Of a stretch of DNA of 64,000 nt, positions 45,701 to 59,906 are shown piece by piece; position 1 is the first letter of the stretch, and every line of letters starts with the position of its first letter. The position numbers and the translations under genes were made by a program. Under the pieces are notes generated by a model. It had not been told where the DNA came from, ran no database searches, and worked only from the letters and a program-made list of their open reading frames with translations. The DNA comes from the human T2T-CHM13v2.0 reference genome, Homo sapiens, in the NCBI RefSeq assembly GCF_009914755.1, contig NC_060940.1. The stretch is one strand, 5' to 3'.

Positions 45701-48700
45701 CCATTTGATGATGATTCCATTCAATGATTCCATTCGATTCTATTCGAAAATGATTCCATTTGAATCCATTTGATGATGATTCCATTAGATTCCATTTAAT
45801 GATTCCATTCTATTCTATTCGATGATGATTCCGTTCGATTCCATTTGATGATGATTGGATTCGATTCCATTGGATGATTTCATTTGATCCCATTCGTTAA
45901 TGATTTCGATCAATTCCATTCGATGATTCCATTCGATTCCATTCGATAATGATTACATCCGAGTCCATTCGATGATTCCATTTGAGCCTGTTCGATAATT
46001 CCATTTGAGTCCAATCAATGATTCCATTCATTTCCATTCAATGATTCCATTAGAGTCCATTTGATCATTCCGGTAGGGTCCATTCCATGTTGATTCCATT
46101 GGAGTGCATTCGATGATTCCATTCGAGTCCATTTTATGATTTGATTCGAGTCCTTTCGATGATTCCATTCGATTCCACTCGATGATGATTTCATTCGAGT
46201 CCATTCGACACTTCCAATCGATTCCATTTGATGTTTCCATTCGAGTCCAATTGATGATTCCATTCAATTCCATTCGATGATGATTCCGTACGGTTCCATT
46301 CTGTGATGATTCCATGTGATTGCATTCAATGATGATTCCTTTCGATTGCATTCGATTATGATTCATTTCGTGTTCATTCTATGGTTCCACAGGTTTCCAT
46401 TCGTGTCCATTCCATTATTCCATTCTATTCCATTTGATGATGATTCCATTCGATTCCATTCATTGGTGATTCCACTCAATTCCATTCAATGATTCCATTC
46501 CATTTCTTTCAACAATGAGTCCATTAGATTCTAATCGATGATCCACTTGATTCCATTTGACGATGATTCCATTCTTGTCCATTCGATGATTCCATTTGAT
46601 TCCATATGATGATGATTCCATTCGATTCCATACGATGATGATTCCATTCGAGTCCATTCAATGGTGATTCCATTCAATTCCATTCGATGATTCCTTTCGA
46701 TTCCATTCGATGATGATGGCATTCGATTCCTTTCAATCATTCCTTTTGATTCCATTCAAAGGTGATTTCATTCAAGTACATTCGATAATTGCATTCGATT
46801 CCATTCTATGATGATTCCATTCGAGTCCATTTGATGATTCCATTCAATTCAAGTCAATGATGATTCCATTCGATTCCATTCGATGATTCCATTGGATTCC
46901 ATTCGATGATGATTCTATTCAAATCCATTCGATAATTCAATTCAAGTCCATTCGATGATGATTCCAATCGAATCCATTCAAAGATTCCATTCAGTTCCAT
47001 TCGATGATTCCCTTAGATTCCATTCGATGATTCCACTTGATTCCATTTACGATGATTCCTTTCGATTCCATGTGATGATTCCATTCAATTCTATTCAATG
47101 ATGTCTCCATTTGATTCCATTCGACCATGATTGCCTTTGATTCCATTCAATGATTCCATTCGGTACCTTTTGATGATGATTCCGTTCGATTCCATTTGAT
47201 GATTCCATTTGATTCCATTGGATGAGTCCATTCGATTACATTCGATGATTATTCCACTCGAGTGCATTAGATGATTCCATTCGAGTCCATTCGATGATTC
47301 CATTCGATTCCATTCGATGTTGATTCTGTTCAAATCCATTCGATGATTCCACTCGATTCCATTCGATGACTCCATTTGATCCCATTTGATGATTTCCTGT
47401 GATTCCCTTTGATGATCATTCCATTTGATTCAATTCGGTGATTTCATTGGATTCCATTCAGTGATGTTTCCATTCGACTCCATTCGATGATGATTCCATT
47501 CGACTCCATTCGATTATGATTTCATTCAATTCCATTCGATAATGATTCCCTTCGAGTCCATTCGATGATTCCATTCGATTCCATTCAACGATGATTTGAT
47601 TCGTGTCCATTCGATGATTCCATTTGATTCCACTTGATGATGATTCCATTCGTGTCCATTTGATGATTCCATTCAATTCCATTCTCCGATGATTTCTTTT
47701 GAGCCCACTCAATGCTTCCACTCGATTCCATATGATGATGACTCCATTCGATGAAATTCGATGATGATTCCATTCGCTTCCTTTCGATGATGATTCCACT
47801 TGAGTCCGTTAGAAGATTCTATTCAATTACATTCCATGACGATTCCGTTCGAGTCCATTTGATGATTCCATTAGACTCCATTCGACGATGATTCCATTCG
47901 ATGTTATTCGATGATTCCATTCGATCTCATTCGATGATGATTCCATTCAACTCCATTCGATGTTTCCATTCGAGTTCATTCTATTATTCCATTAGATTCC
48001 ATTCGATGATGATTCCATTCGCTTCCATTTGATGATTGCATTCTATTTCAATAGATGATGATTCCATCCGAGTCCACTCAATGATTCCATTCGAGTCCAT
48101 TTAATGAATCCATTGGTTTCAATTCTATGATGATTACATTGGATTCCATTCGTTGATGATTTCATTCGATTCCATTCAATGATGATTCCATTCAATTCCT
48201 TTCAATGTTTCCATTCAATTCCATACGATGATGATTCCATTTGATTTGATTCGACAGTGAGCCATTCGATTCAATTCCATGATGATTCTATTTGATTCCA
48301 TTGGTTGACATTTCCATTCGATTCCATTCGATGATGATTCCCTTTGATTCCATTCAAAGATGATTCCATTCTAGCCCATTCAATCATTCCATTCGATTCT
48401 ATTCAATGATGATTCCATTCATGTCGATTTGGTGATTCCATTTGACTTCATTTGATGATGATTCCTTTCAAGTTCATTAGATGATTCCATTCGATTCCAT
48501 TTGATGATGATCCCATTCGAGTCCATTCAGTGATTCCATTCGTTTCCATTCCATGATGATTCCATTCCATTCCATGCAATGATTCCATTCGATTCCATTT
48601 GATGATTATTTCATTCGAGTCCATTTGATGATTCCATTTGATTCCATTCGATGATGATTCCATTCGAGTCCATTCGATGATTCTATTCGAATCCCTTTGA

Positions 48701-48835
48701 TGATTTCTTTTGATTATAGTTGGTGATGATTCCATTGGAGTCCATTCAATGATTCCATTCGATTCCAATCGATGGTGATTCCATTAGAGTCCATTTAATG
48801 ATTCCATTTGATTCCAGTCTCTGATGATTACATTC
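42779..48835 (+). repeat. Higher-order unit 8 (6057 bp, subtype B; 6-bp and 49-bp deletions)
   Basis: Anchors at 42779 and 48836; ORF offset is -6 at 45579 and -55 at 46028. Confidence 0.93.
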
Positions 48836-51800
48836 GAGTCCATACGATGATTCCACTCAATTCCATATCATGATGATTCCATTCGATTCCATTCGATGAT
48901 TCCATTCTATTCTATTCAATGGTGATTCCATTCGAGTACATTAGATGATTCCATTCGATTCCATTCAATGATGATTCTATTTGTGTCCCTTAGATGATTC
49001 CACATGATTCCATTAGATGATGATACTATTTGAGCCCATCCAATGATTCCCTTCGATTCCATTCGATGAGGATTCCATTCGATTCAATTCATTGGTGATT
49101 CTATTCAATTCAATTCTTTGATTCCATTCCATTCCATTCGACAATGATTCCATTCGATTTCTTTCGATGATTCCACTCGATTCCACTTGACATTGATTCC
49201 ATTCGATTCCATTCAATGATTCCATTTGATTCCAGTGGATGATGATTGCCATCGATTCCGTTCGATCACTCCATTCTATTCCATTTGATGATGATTACAT
49301 TCGATCCCATTTGATGATTCCATCTGATTCTATTCGAGGATTCCATTTGATTCCATTCGATGATGATTCCATTCGAGTCCATTCGATGATTTCATTCGAG
49401 TACATCCAATGATTCCATTCGAGTCCATTTGATGATTCCATTTCATTCCATTTGATTATGATTCTACTAGAGTCCATTCAATGACTCCATTCGAGTCCAT
49501 TCAACAATTCCATTCGAGTCCATTCGATGATTCCATTCGATTCCATTTGATGATTCCATTCGAGACCATTTAATCATTACAGTCGAGTCCATTTGGTGAT
49601 TCCACTGGATTTCTTTTGATAATGATACCATTCAATTACATTTGATGATGATCCCATTCAATTTCATTTGATGATGATTCCATTAGAGTCCATTCGATGA
49701 TTTCATTCGAGTCCCTTATTGATTCCATCCGATTTCATTGGATGATGACTCCATTCGAGTCCATTCGATGATTCCACTCGATTCCATTAGATGATTCCAT
49801 TGGAGTCCATTTGATTGTTCCATTCGATTCCATTCGATTCCTTTCGAAGATTATTCCATTTGAGTCCATTCGATGATGATTCCATTCCATTCCATTCGAT
49901 GATTCCGTTTGATTCCATTCGATGATTCCATTTGATTCCATTCGACGGTGAGCAATTCGATTCAATTCCATGATGATTCTATTTGATTCAATTAGATGAT
50001 GTTTCCATTCGAATCCATTCCATGATTATTCCATTGGAATCCATTTGGCGATGATTCCATATGAGTCAATTCAATGATGATTCCATATGGGTCCGTTCGA
50101 TGATAATTCCATTTGATTTCATTCGATGCTTCTATTCTATTCCAGTCGATGATGATTCCGTTGGAGTCCATACGATGATTCCATTTGATTTCATTTGATG
50201 ATGATTCCATTCGATGATGATTACATTGGATTCCATTCTATGATTCCATTCAATTCCATTCGTTGATGATTCGATTCCATTCAATGATGATTCCATTTGA
50301 GTTCATTCGATGATTCTATTCGATTCCGTTCGATGGTGATTCAATTCTATTATATTGGATGATTCCACTCGATTCCATTTGATGATTATTCCATTGGAGT
50401 CCACTTAGGGAATCCTTTAGATTCTACTCGAAGATGATTCCATTCGAGTCCATTCGATGATACCATTCAATTCCATTCGTTGATGCTTCCATTCAAGTGC
50501 ATTCGATGATATCATTCGATTCCATTTGATGATAATTCCATTTGATTCCATGCGATGATTCTATTCGATTCCATTCAATGATAATTCCATTCAATTCAGT
50601 GATTCCTCTGGACTCCATTTGATGATGATTCCATTCAATGATTCCATTCGATTCTATTCGAAAATGATTCCATTTGAATCCATTTGATGATGATTCCATT
50701 AGATTCCATTTGATGATTCCATTCGATTCCATTCGACGATGATTCCATTCGATTCCATTTGATGATTCCATTCTATTCTATTCGATGATGATTCCATTCG
50801 ATTCCATTTGATGATGATTGGATTCGATTCCATTTGATGATTTCATTTGATCCCATTCGTTAATGATTTCGATCAATTCCATTCGATGATTCCATTCGAT
50901 TCCATTCGATAATGATTACATCCGAGTCCATTCGATGATTCCATTTGAGCCTGTTTGATAATTCCATTTGAGTCCAATCAATGATTCCATTCATTTCCAT
51001 TCAATGATTCCATTCGAGTCCATTTGATCATTCCGGTAGGGTCCATTCGATGTTGATTCCATTGGAGTGCATTCGATGATTCCACTCGAGTCCATTTTAT
51101 GATTTGATTCGAGTCCTTTCGATGATTCCATTCGATTCCACTCGATGATGATTTCATTCGAGTCCATTCGACACTTCCATTCGATTCCATTTGATGTTTC
51201 CATTCGAGTCCAATTGATGATTCCATTCAATTCCATTCGATGATGATTCCGTACGATTCCATTCTGTGATGATTCCATGTGATTGCATTCAATGATGATT
51301 CCTTTCGATTGCATTCGATTATGATTCATTTCGTGTTCATTCTATGGTTCCACAGGTTTCCATTCGTGTCCATTCCATTATTCCATTCTATTCCATTTGA
51401 TGATGATTCCATTCGATTCCATTCATTGGTGATTCCACTCAATTCCATTCAATGATTCCATTCCATTTCTTTCAACAATGATTCCATTACTTTCTAATCG
51501 ATGATCCACTTGATTCCATTTGACGACGATTCCATTCTTGTCCATTCGATGATTCCATTTGATTCCATATGATGATGATTCCATTCGATTCCATACGATG
51601 ATGATTCCATTCGAGTCCATTCAATGGTGATTCCATTCAATTCCATTCGATGATTCCTTTCGATTCCATTCGATGATGATGGCATTCGATTCCTTTCAAT
51701 CATTCCCTTTGATTGCATTCAAAGGTGATTTCATTCAAGTCCATTCGATAATTGCATTCGATTCCATTCTATGATGATTCCATTCGAGTCCATTTGATGA

Positions 51801-53794
51801 TTCCATTCAATTCAAGTCAATGATGATTCCATTCGATTCCATTCGATGATTCCATTGGATTCCATTCGATGATGATTCCATTCAAATCCATTCGATAATT
51901 CAATTCAAGTCCATTCGATGATGATTCCAATCGAATCCATTCAAATATTCCATTCAGTTCCATTCGATGATTCCCTTAGATTCCATTCGATGATTCCACT
52001 TGATTCCATTTACGATGATTCCATTCGATTCCATGTGATGATTCCATTCAATTCTATTCAATGATGTTTCCATTTGATTCCATTCGACCATGATTGCCTT
52101 TGATTCCATTCAATGATTCCATTCGGTTCCTTTTGATGATGATTCCATTCGATTCCATTTGATGATTCCATTTGATTCCATTGGATGAGTCCATTCGATT
52201 ACATTCGATGATTGTTCCATTCGAGAGCATTAGATGATTCCATTCGAGTCCATTCGATGATTCCATTCGATTCCATTCGATGTTGATTCTGTTCAAATCC
52301 ATTCGATGATTCCACTCGATTCCATTCGATGACTCCATTTGATCCCATTTGATGATTTCCTTTGATTCCCTTTGGTGATCATTCCATTTGATTCAATTCG
52401 GTGATTTCATTGGATTCCATTCAGTGATGTTTCCATTCGACTCCATTCGATGATGATTCCATTCGACTCCATTCGATTATGATTTCATTCAATTCCATTT
52501 GATAATGATTCCCTTCGAGTCCATTCGATGATTCCATTCGATTCCATTCAACGATGATTTGATTCGTGTCCATTCGATGATTCCATTTGATTCCACTTGA
52601 TGATGATTCCATTCGAGTCCATTTGATGATTCCATTCAATTCCATTCTCCGATGATTTCTTTTGAGCCCACTCAATGCTTCCACTCGATTCCATATGATG
52701 ATGACTCCATTCGATGAAATTCGATGATGATTCCATTCGCTTGCTTTCAATGATGATTCCACTTGAGTCCGTTAGAAGATTCTATTCAATTACATTCCAT
52801 GACGATTCCGTTCGAGTCCATTTGATGATTCCATTAGACTCCATTCGACGATGATTCCATTCGATGTTATTCGATGATTCCATTCGATCTCATTCGATGA
52901 TGATTCCATTCAACTCTTTTCGATGTATCTATTCGAGTTCATTCTATTATTCCATTAGATTCAATTCGATGATGATTCCATTCGATTCCATTTCATGATT
53001 GCATTCTATTTCATTTGATGATGATTCCATTCTAGTCCACTCGATGATTCCATTCGAGTCCATTTATTGAATCCATTGGTTTCAATTCTATGATGATTAC
53101 CTTGGATTCCATTCGTTGATGATTTCATTTGGCTCCATTCAATGATGATTCTATTCAATTCCTTTCAATGTTTCCATTCAATTCCATACGATGATGATTC
53201 CATTTGATTTGATTCGACAGTGAGCCATTCGATTCAATTCCATGATGATTCTATTTGATTCAATTGGTTGACATTTCCATTCGATTCCATTCGATGATGA
53301 TTCCCTTTGATTCCAAAGATGATTCCATTCTAGCCCATTCAATCATTCCATTCGATTCTATTCAATGATGATTCCATTCATGTCAATTTGGTGATTCCAT
53401 TTGACTTCATTTGATGATGATTCCTTTCAAGTTCATTAGATGATTCCATTCGATTCCATTTGATGATGATCCCATTCGAGTCCATTCAGTGATTCCATTC
53501 GTTTCCATTCCATGATGATTCCATTCCATTCCATTCAATGATTCCATTCGATTCCGTTTGATGATGATTTCATTCGAGTCCATTTGATGATTCCATTTGA
53601 TTCCATTCGATGATGACTCCATTCGAGTCCATTCGATGATTCTATTCGAATCCATTTGATGATTTCTTTTGATTATAGTTGGTGATGATTCCATTGGAGT
53701 CCATTCAATGATTCCATTCGATTCCAATCGATGGTGATTCCATTAGAGTCCATTTAATGATTCCATTTGATTCCAGTCTCTGATGATTACATTC
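48836..53794 (+). repeat. Higher-order unit 9 (4959 bp, subtype B; 1-, 1148- and 4-bp deletions)
   Basis: Anchors at 48836 and 53795; ORF offsets are -1 (49735), -1149 (49992) and -1153 (53407). Junctions are visible at ~49717, 49911-49929 and ~53314. Confidence 0.93.
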
Positions 53795-56700
53795 GAGTCC
53801 ATACGATGATTCCACTCAATTCCATATCATGATGATTCCATTCGATTCCATTCGATGATTCCATTCTATTCTATTCAATGGTGATTCCATTCGAGTACAT
53901 TAGATGATTCCATTCGTTTCCATTCAATGATGATTCTATTTGTGTCCCTTAGATGATTCCACATGATTCCATTAGATGATGATACTATTTGAGCCCATCC
54001 AATGATTCCCTTCGATTCCATTCGATGAGGATTCCATTCGATTCAATTCATTGGTGATTCTATTCAATTCAATTCTTTGATTCCATTCCATTCCATTCGA
54101 CAATGATTCCATTCGATTTCTTTAGATGATTCCACTCGATTCCACTTGACATTGATTCCATTCGATTCCATTCAATGATTCCATTTGATTCCAGTGGATG
54201 ATGATTGCCATCGATTCCGTTCGATCACTCCATTCTATTCCATTTGATGATGATTACATTCGATTCCATTTGATGATTCCATCTGATTCTATTCGAGGAT
54301 TCCATTTGATTCCATTCGATGATGATTCCATTCGAGTGCATTCGATGATTTCATTCGAGTACATCCAATGATTCCATTCGAGTCCATTTGATGATTCCAT
54401 TTGATTCCATTTGATTATGATTCTACTAGATTCCATTCAATGACTCCATTCGAGTCCATTCAACAATTCCATTCGAGTCCATTCGATGATTCCATTCGAT
54501 TCCATTTGATGATTCCATTCGAGTCCATTTAATCATTACAGTCGAGTCCATTTGGTGATTCCACTGGATTTCTTTTGATAATGATACCATTCAATTACAT
54601 TTGATGATGATCCCATTCAATTTCATTTGATGATGATTCCATTAGAGTCCATTCGATGATTTCATTCGAGTCCCTTCATTGATTCCATCCGATTTCATTG
54701 GATGATGACTCCATTCGAGTCCATTCGATGATTCTACTCGATTCCATTAGATGATTCCATTGGAGTCCATTTGATTGTTCCATTCGATTCCATTCGATTC
54801 CTTTCGAAGATTATTCCATTTGAGTCCATTCGATGATGATTCCATTCCATTCCATTCGATGATTCCTTTTGATTCCATTCAATTATTCCCTTCGATTCCT
54901 TTCTTTGATGATTCCATTCCATTCCATTCAATGATTCCATTCGAATCTATTCCATGATGATTCCTTTCGATTCCATTCGCTGATGTTTCCGTTCAATTCC
55001 ATTCGATGCTCATTCCATTCGATTCCATTCATCGAGGATTCCATTTAATTCCATTCAATGATGATTCCATTCTATTCCATTCAATGATTGCATTCAATTC
55101 CATTCAATGATTATCCCATTAGAGTAAACTCAACGATTCCATTCAATACCATTCGATGATGATTCCTTTTGAGTCCATTCAATGATTTCATTCAAGTCCA
55201 TTTGATGATTCCTTTCAATTCCATTCTATGATGATTCCATTCGAGTCCATTCGATGATTCCATTCGATTGCATTCGATGATTCCATTATATTCCATTCAA
55301 TGATGATTCCATTCGAGTCCATTCGATGATTCCATTAGAGTACATTTAATGATTGCTTTGTTTTCAATTCGAAGATGATTACATTGGATTCCATTCTATG
55401 ATACCATTCGATTCCATTCAATGATGATTCCACTCAAATCCATTGGATGATTCCATTCGTGTCCATTCGGTGATTTCATTAGATTCCATTCGAGGATGAT
55501 TCCATTCGATTCCATTCGATGATTCCATTCAATTCCATTCGATGATGATTCCATTCCAGTCCATATGATCATTCCATTTGATTTCATTCGATGATGATTC
55601 CATTCGATTCCATTCGACGATTCCATTCTCTTCCATTCGATGATGATTCCATTCGAGTCCATTCGATGATTCCATTCGAGTCCATTTAATGATTCCATTG
55701 GGTTCAATTCAATGATGATTACATTGGATTCCGTTCTATGATTCCATTCAATTCCGTTCATTGACAATTTGATTCCATTCGATGATGATTCCATTTGAGT
55801 TCATTCGATGATTCTATTCGATTCTCTTCGATGGTGATTCAATTCTATTATATTGGATGATTCCATTCGATTCCATTTGATGTTGATTCAATTCGATTCT
55901 GTTCGATGATGATTCCATTGGATTTCACTTGATGATTCTATTCGATTCCATTCAATGATGATTCACTTCTCGTCCATTGGATGATTCCATTTCATTCCAT
56001 TCGATGATGATTCCATTCGATTCCATTCGATGATTCCATTTGATTCCATTCGACGGTGAGCAATTCGATTCAATTCCATGATGATTCTATTTGATTCAGT
56101 TAGATGATGTTTCCATTCGAATCCATTCCATGATTATTCCATTGGAATCCATTCGGCGATGATTCCATATGAGTCAATTCAATGATGATTCCATATGGGT
56201 CCGTTCGATGATAATTCCATTTGATTTCATTCAATGCTTCTATTCTATTCCAGTCGATGATGATTCCGTTGGAGTCCATACGATGATTCCATTTGATTTC
56301 ATTTGATGATGATTCCATTCGATGATGATTACATTGGATTCCATTCTATGATTCCATTCAATTCCATTCGTTGATGATTCGATTCCATTCAATGATGATT
56401 CCATTTGAGTTCATTCGATGATTCTATTCGATTCCGTTCGATGGTGATTCAATTCTATTATATTGGATAATTCCACTCGATTCCATTTGATGATTATTCC
56501 ATTGGAGTCCACTTAGCAAATCCTTTAGATTCTACTCGAAGATGATTCCATTCGAGTCCATTCGATGATACCATTCAATTCCATTCGTTGATGCTTCCAT
56601 TCAAGTGCATTCGATGATATCATTCGATTCCATTTGATGATAATTCCATTTGATTCCATGCGATGATTCTATTCGATTCCATTCAATGATAATTCCATTC

Positions 56701-59700
56701 AATTCAGTGATTCCTCTGGACTCCATTTGATGATGATTCCATTCAATGATTCCATTCGATTCTATTCGAAAATGATTCCATTTGAATCCATTTGATGATG
56801 ATTCCATTAGATTCCATTTGATGATTCCATTCAATTCCATTCGACGATGATTCCATTCGATTCCGTTTGATGATTCCATTCTATTCTATTCTATGATGAT
56901 TCCATTCAATTCCATTTGATGATGATTGCATTCGATTCCATTGGATGATTTCATTTGATTCCATTCGTTAATGATTTCGATCAATTCCATTCGATGATTC
57001 CATTCGATTCCATTCGATAATGATTACATCCGAGTCCATTCGATGATTCCATTTGAGCCTGTTCGATAATTCCATTTGAGTCCAATCAATGATTCCATTC
57101 ATTTCCATTCAATGATTCCATTCGAGTCCATTTGATCATTCCGGTAGGGTCCATTCGATGTTGATTCCATTGGAGTACATTCGATGATTCCATTCGAGTC
57201 CATTTTACGATTTGATTCGAGTCCTTTCGATGATTCCATTCGATTCCACTCGATGATGATTTCATTCGAGTCCATTCGACACTTCAAATCGATTCCATTT
57301 GATGTTTCCATTCGAGTATAATTGATGATTCCATTCAATTCCATTCGATGATGATTCCGTACGTTTCCATTCTGTGATGATTCCATGTGATTGCATTCAA
57401 TGATGATTCCTTTCGATTGCATTCGATTATGATTCATTTCGTGTTCATTCTATGGTTCCACAGGTTTCCATTCGTGTCCATTCCATTATTCCATTTTATT
57501 CCATTTGATGATGATTCCATTCGATTCCATTCATTGGTGATTCCACTCAATTCCATTCAATGATTCCATTCCATTTCTTTCAACAATGATTCCATTACTT
57601 TCTAATCGATGATCCACTTGATTCCATTTGACGACGATTCCATTCTTGTCCATTAGATGATTCCATTTGATTCCATATGATGATGATTCCATTCGATTCC
57701 ATACGATGATGATTCCATTCGAGTCCATTCAATGGTGATTCCATTCAATTCCATTCGGTGATTCCTTTCGATTCCATTCGATGATGATGGCATTCGATTC
57801 CTTTCAATCATTCCCTTTGATTGCATTCAAAGGTGATTTCATTCAAGTCCATTTGATAATTGCATTCGATTCCATTCTATGATGATTCCATTCGAGTCCA
57901 TTTGATGATTCCATTCAATTCAAGTCAATGATGATTCCATTCGATTCCATTCGATGATTCCATTGGATTCCATTCGATGATGATTCCATTCAAATCCATT
58001 CGATAATTCAATTCAAGTCCATTCGATGATGATTCCAATCGAATCCATTCAAAGATTCCATTCAGTTCCATTCGATGATTCCCTTAGATTCCATTCGATG
58101 ATTCCACTTGATTCCATTTACGATGATTCCATTCGATTCCATGTGATGATTCCATTCAATTCTATTCAATGATGTTTCCATTTGATTCCATTCGACCATG
58201 ATTGCCTTTGATTCCATTCAATGATTCCATTCGGTTCCTTTTGATGATGATTCCATTCGATTCCATTTGATGATTCCATTTGATTCCATTGGATGAGTCC
58301 ATTCGATTACATTCGATGATGATTCCATTCGAGTGCATTAGATGATTCCACTCGAGTCCATTCGATGATTCCATTCAATTCCATTCGATGTTGATTCTGT
58401 TCAAATCCATTCGATGATTCCACTCGATTCCATTCGATGACTCCATTTGATCCCATTCGATGATTTCCTTTGATTCCCTTTGATGATCATTCCATTTGAT
58501 TCAATTCGGTGATTTCGTTTGATTCCATTCAGTGATGTTTCCATTCGACTCCATTCGATGATGATTCCATTCGACTCCATTCGATTATGATTTCATTCAA
58601 TTCCATTCGATAATGATTCCCTTCGAGTCCATTCGATGATTCCATTCGATTCCATTCAACGATGATTTGATTCGTGTCCATTCGATGATTCCATTTGATT
58701 CCACTTGATGATGATTCCATTCGAGTCCATTTGATGATTCCATTCAATTCCATCCTCCGATGATTTCTTTTGAGCCCACTCAATGCTTCCACTCGATTCC
58801 ATATGATGATGACTCCATTCGATGAAATTCGATGATGATTCCATTCGCTTGCTTTCAATGATGATTCCACTTGAGTCCGTTAGAAGATTCTATTCAATTA
58901 CATTCCATGACGATTCTGTTCGAGTCCATTTGATGATTCCATTAGACTCCATTCGACGATGATTCCATTCGATGTTATTCGATGATTCCATTCGATCTCA
59001 TTCGTTGATGATTCCATTCAACTCTTTTCGATGTATCCATTCGAGTTCATTCTATTATTCCATTAGATTCAATTCGATGATGATTCCATTCGATTCCATT
59101 TGATGATTGCATTCTATTTCATTTGATGATGATTCCATTCGAGTCCACTCGATGATTCCATTCGAGTCCATTTAATGAATCCATTGGTTTCAATTCTATG
59201 ATGATTACATTGGATTACATTCGTTGATGATTTCATTCGGCTCCATTCAATGATGATTCTATTCAATTCCTTTCAATGTTTCCATTCAATTCCATACGAT
59301 GATGATTACATTTGATTTGATTCGACAGTGAGCCATTCGATTCAATTCCATGATGATTCTATTTTATTCAATTGGTTGACATTTCCATTCGATTCCATTC
59401 GATGATGATTCCATTTGATACCATTCAAAGATGATTCCATTCTAGCGCATTCAATCATTCCATTCGATTCTATTCAATGATGATTCCATTCATGTCGATT
59501 TGGTGATTCCATTTGACTCCATTTGATGATGATTCCTTTCAAGTTCATTAGATGATTCCATTCGATTCCATTTGATGATGACCCCATTCGAGTCCATTCA
59601 GTGATTCCATTCGTTTCCATTCCATGATGATTCCATTCCATTCCATTCAATGATTCCATTCGATTCCGTTTGATGATGATTTCATTCGAGTCCATTTGAT

Positions 59701-59906
59701 GATTCCATTTGATTCCATTCGATGATGACTCCATTCGAGTCCATTCGATGATTCTATTCGAATCCATTTGATGATTTCTTTTGATTATAGTTGGTGATGA
59801 TTCCATTGGAGTCCATTCAATGATTCCATTCGATTCCAATCGATGGTGATTCCATTAGAGTCCATTTAATGATTCCATTTGATTCCAGTCTCTGATGATT
59901 ACATTC
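53795..59906 (+). repeat. Higher-order unit 10 (6112 bp, subtype B)
   Basis: Anchors at 53795 and 59907; no net length change. Confidence 0.93.
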
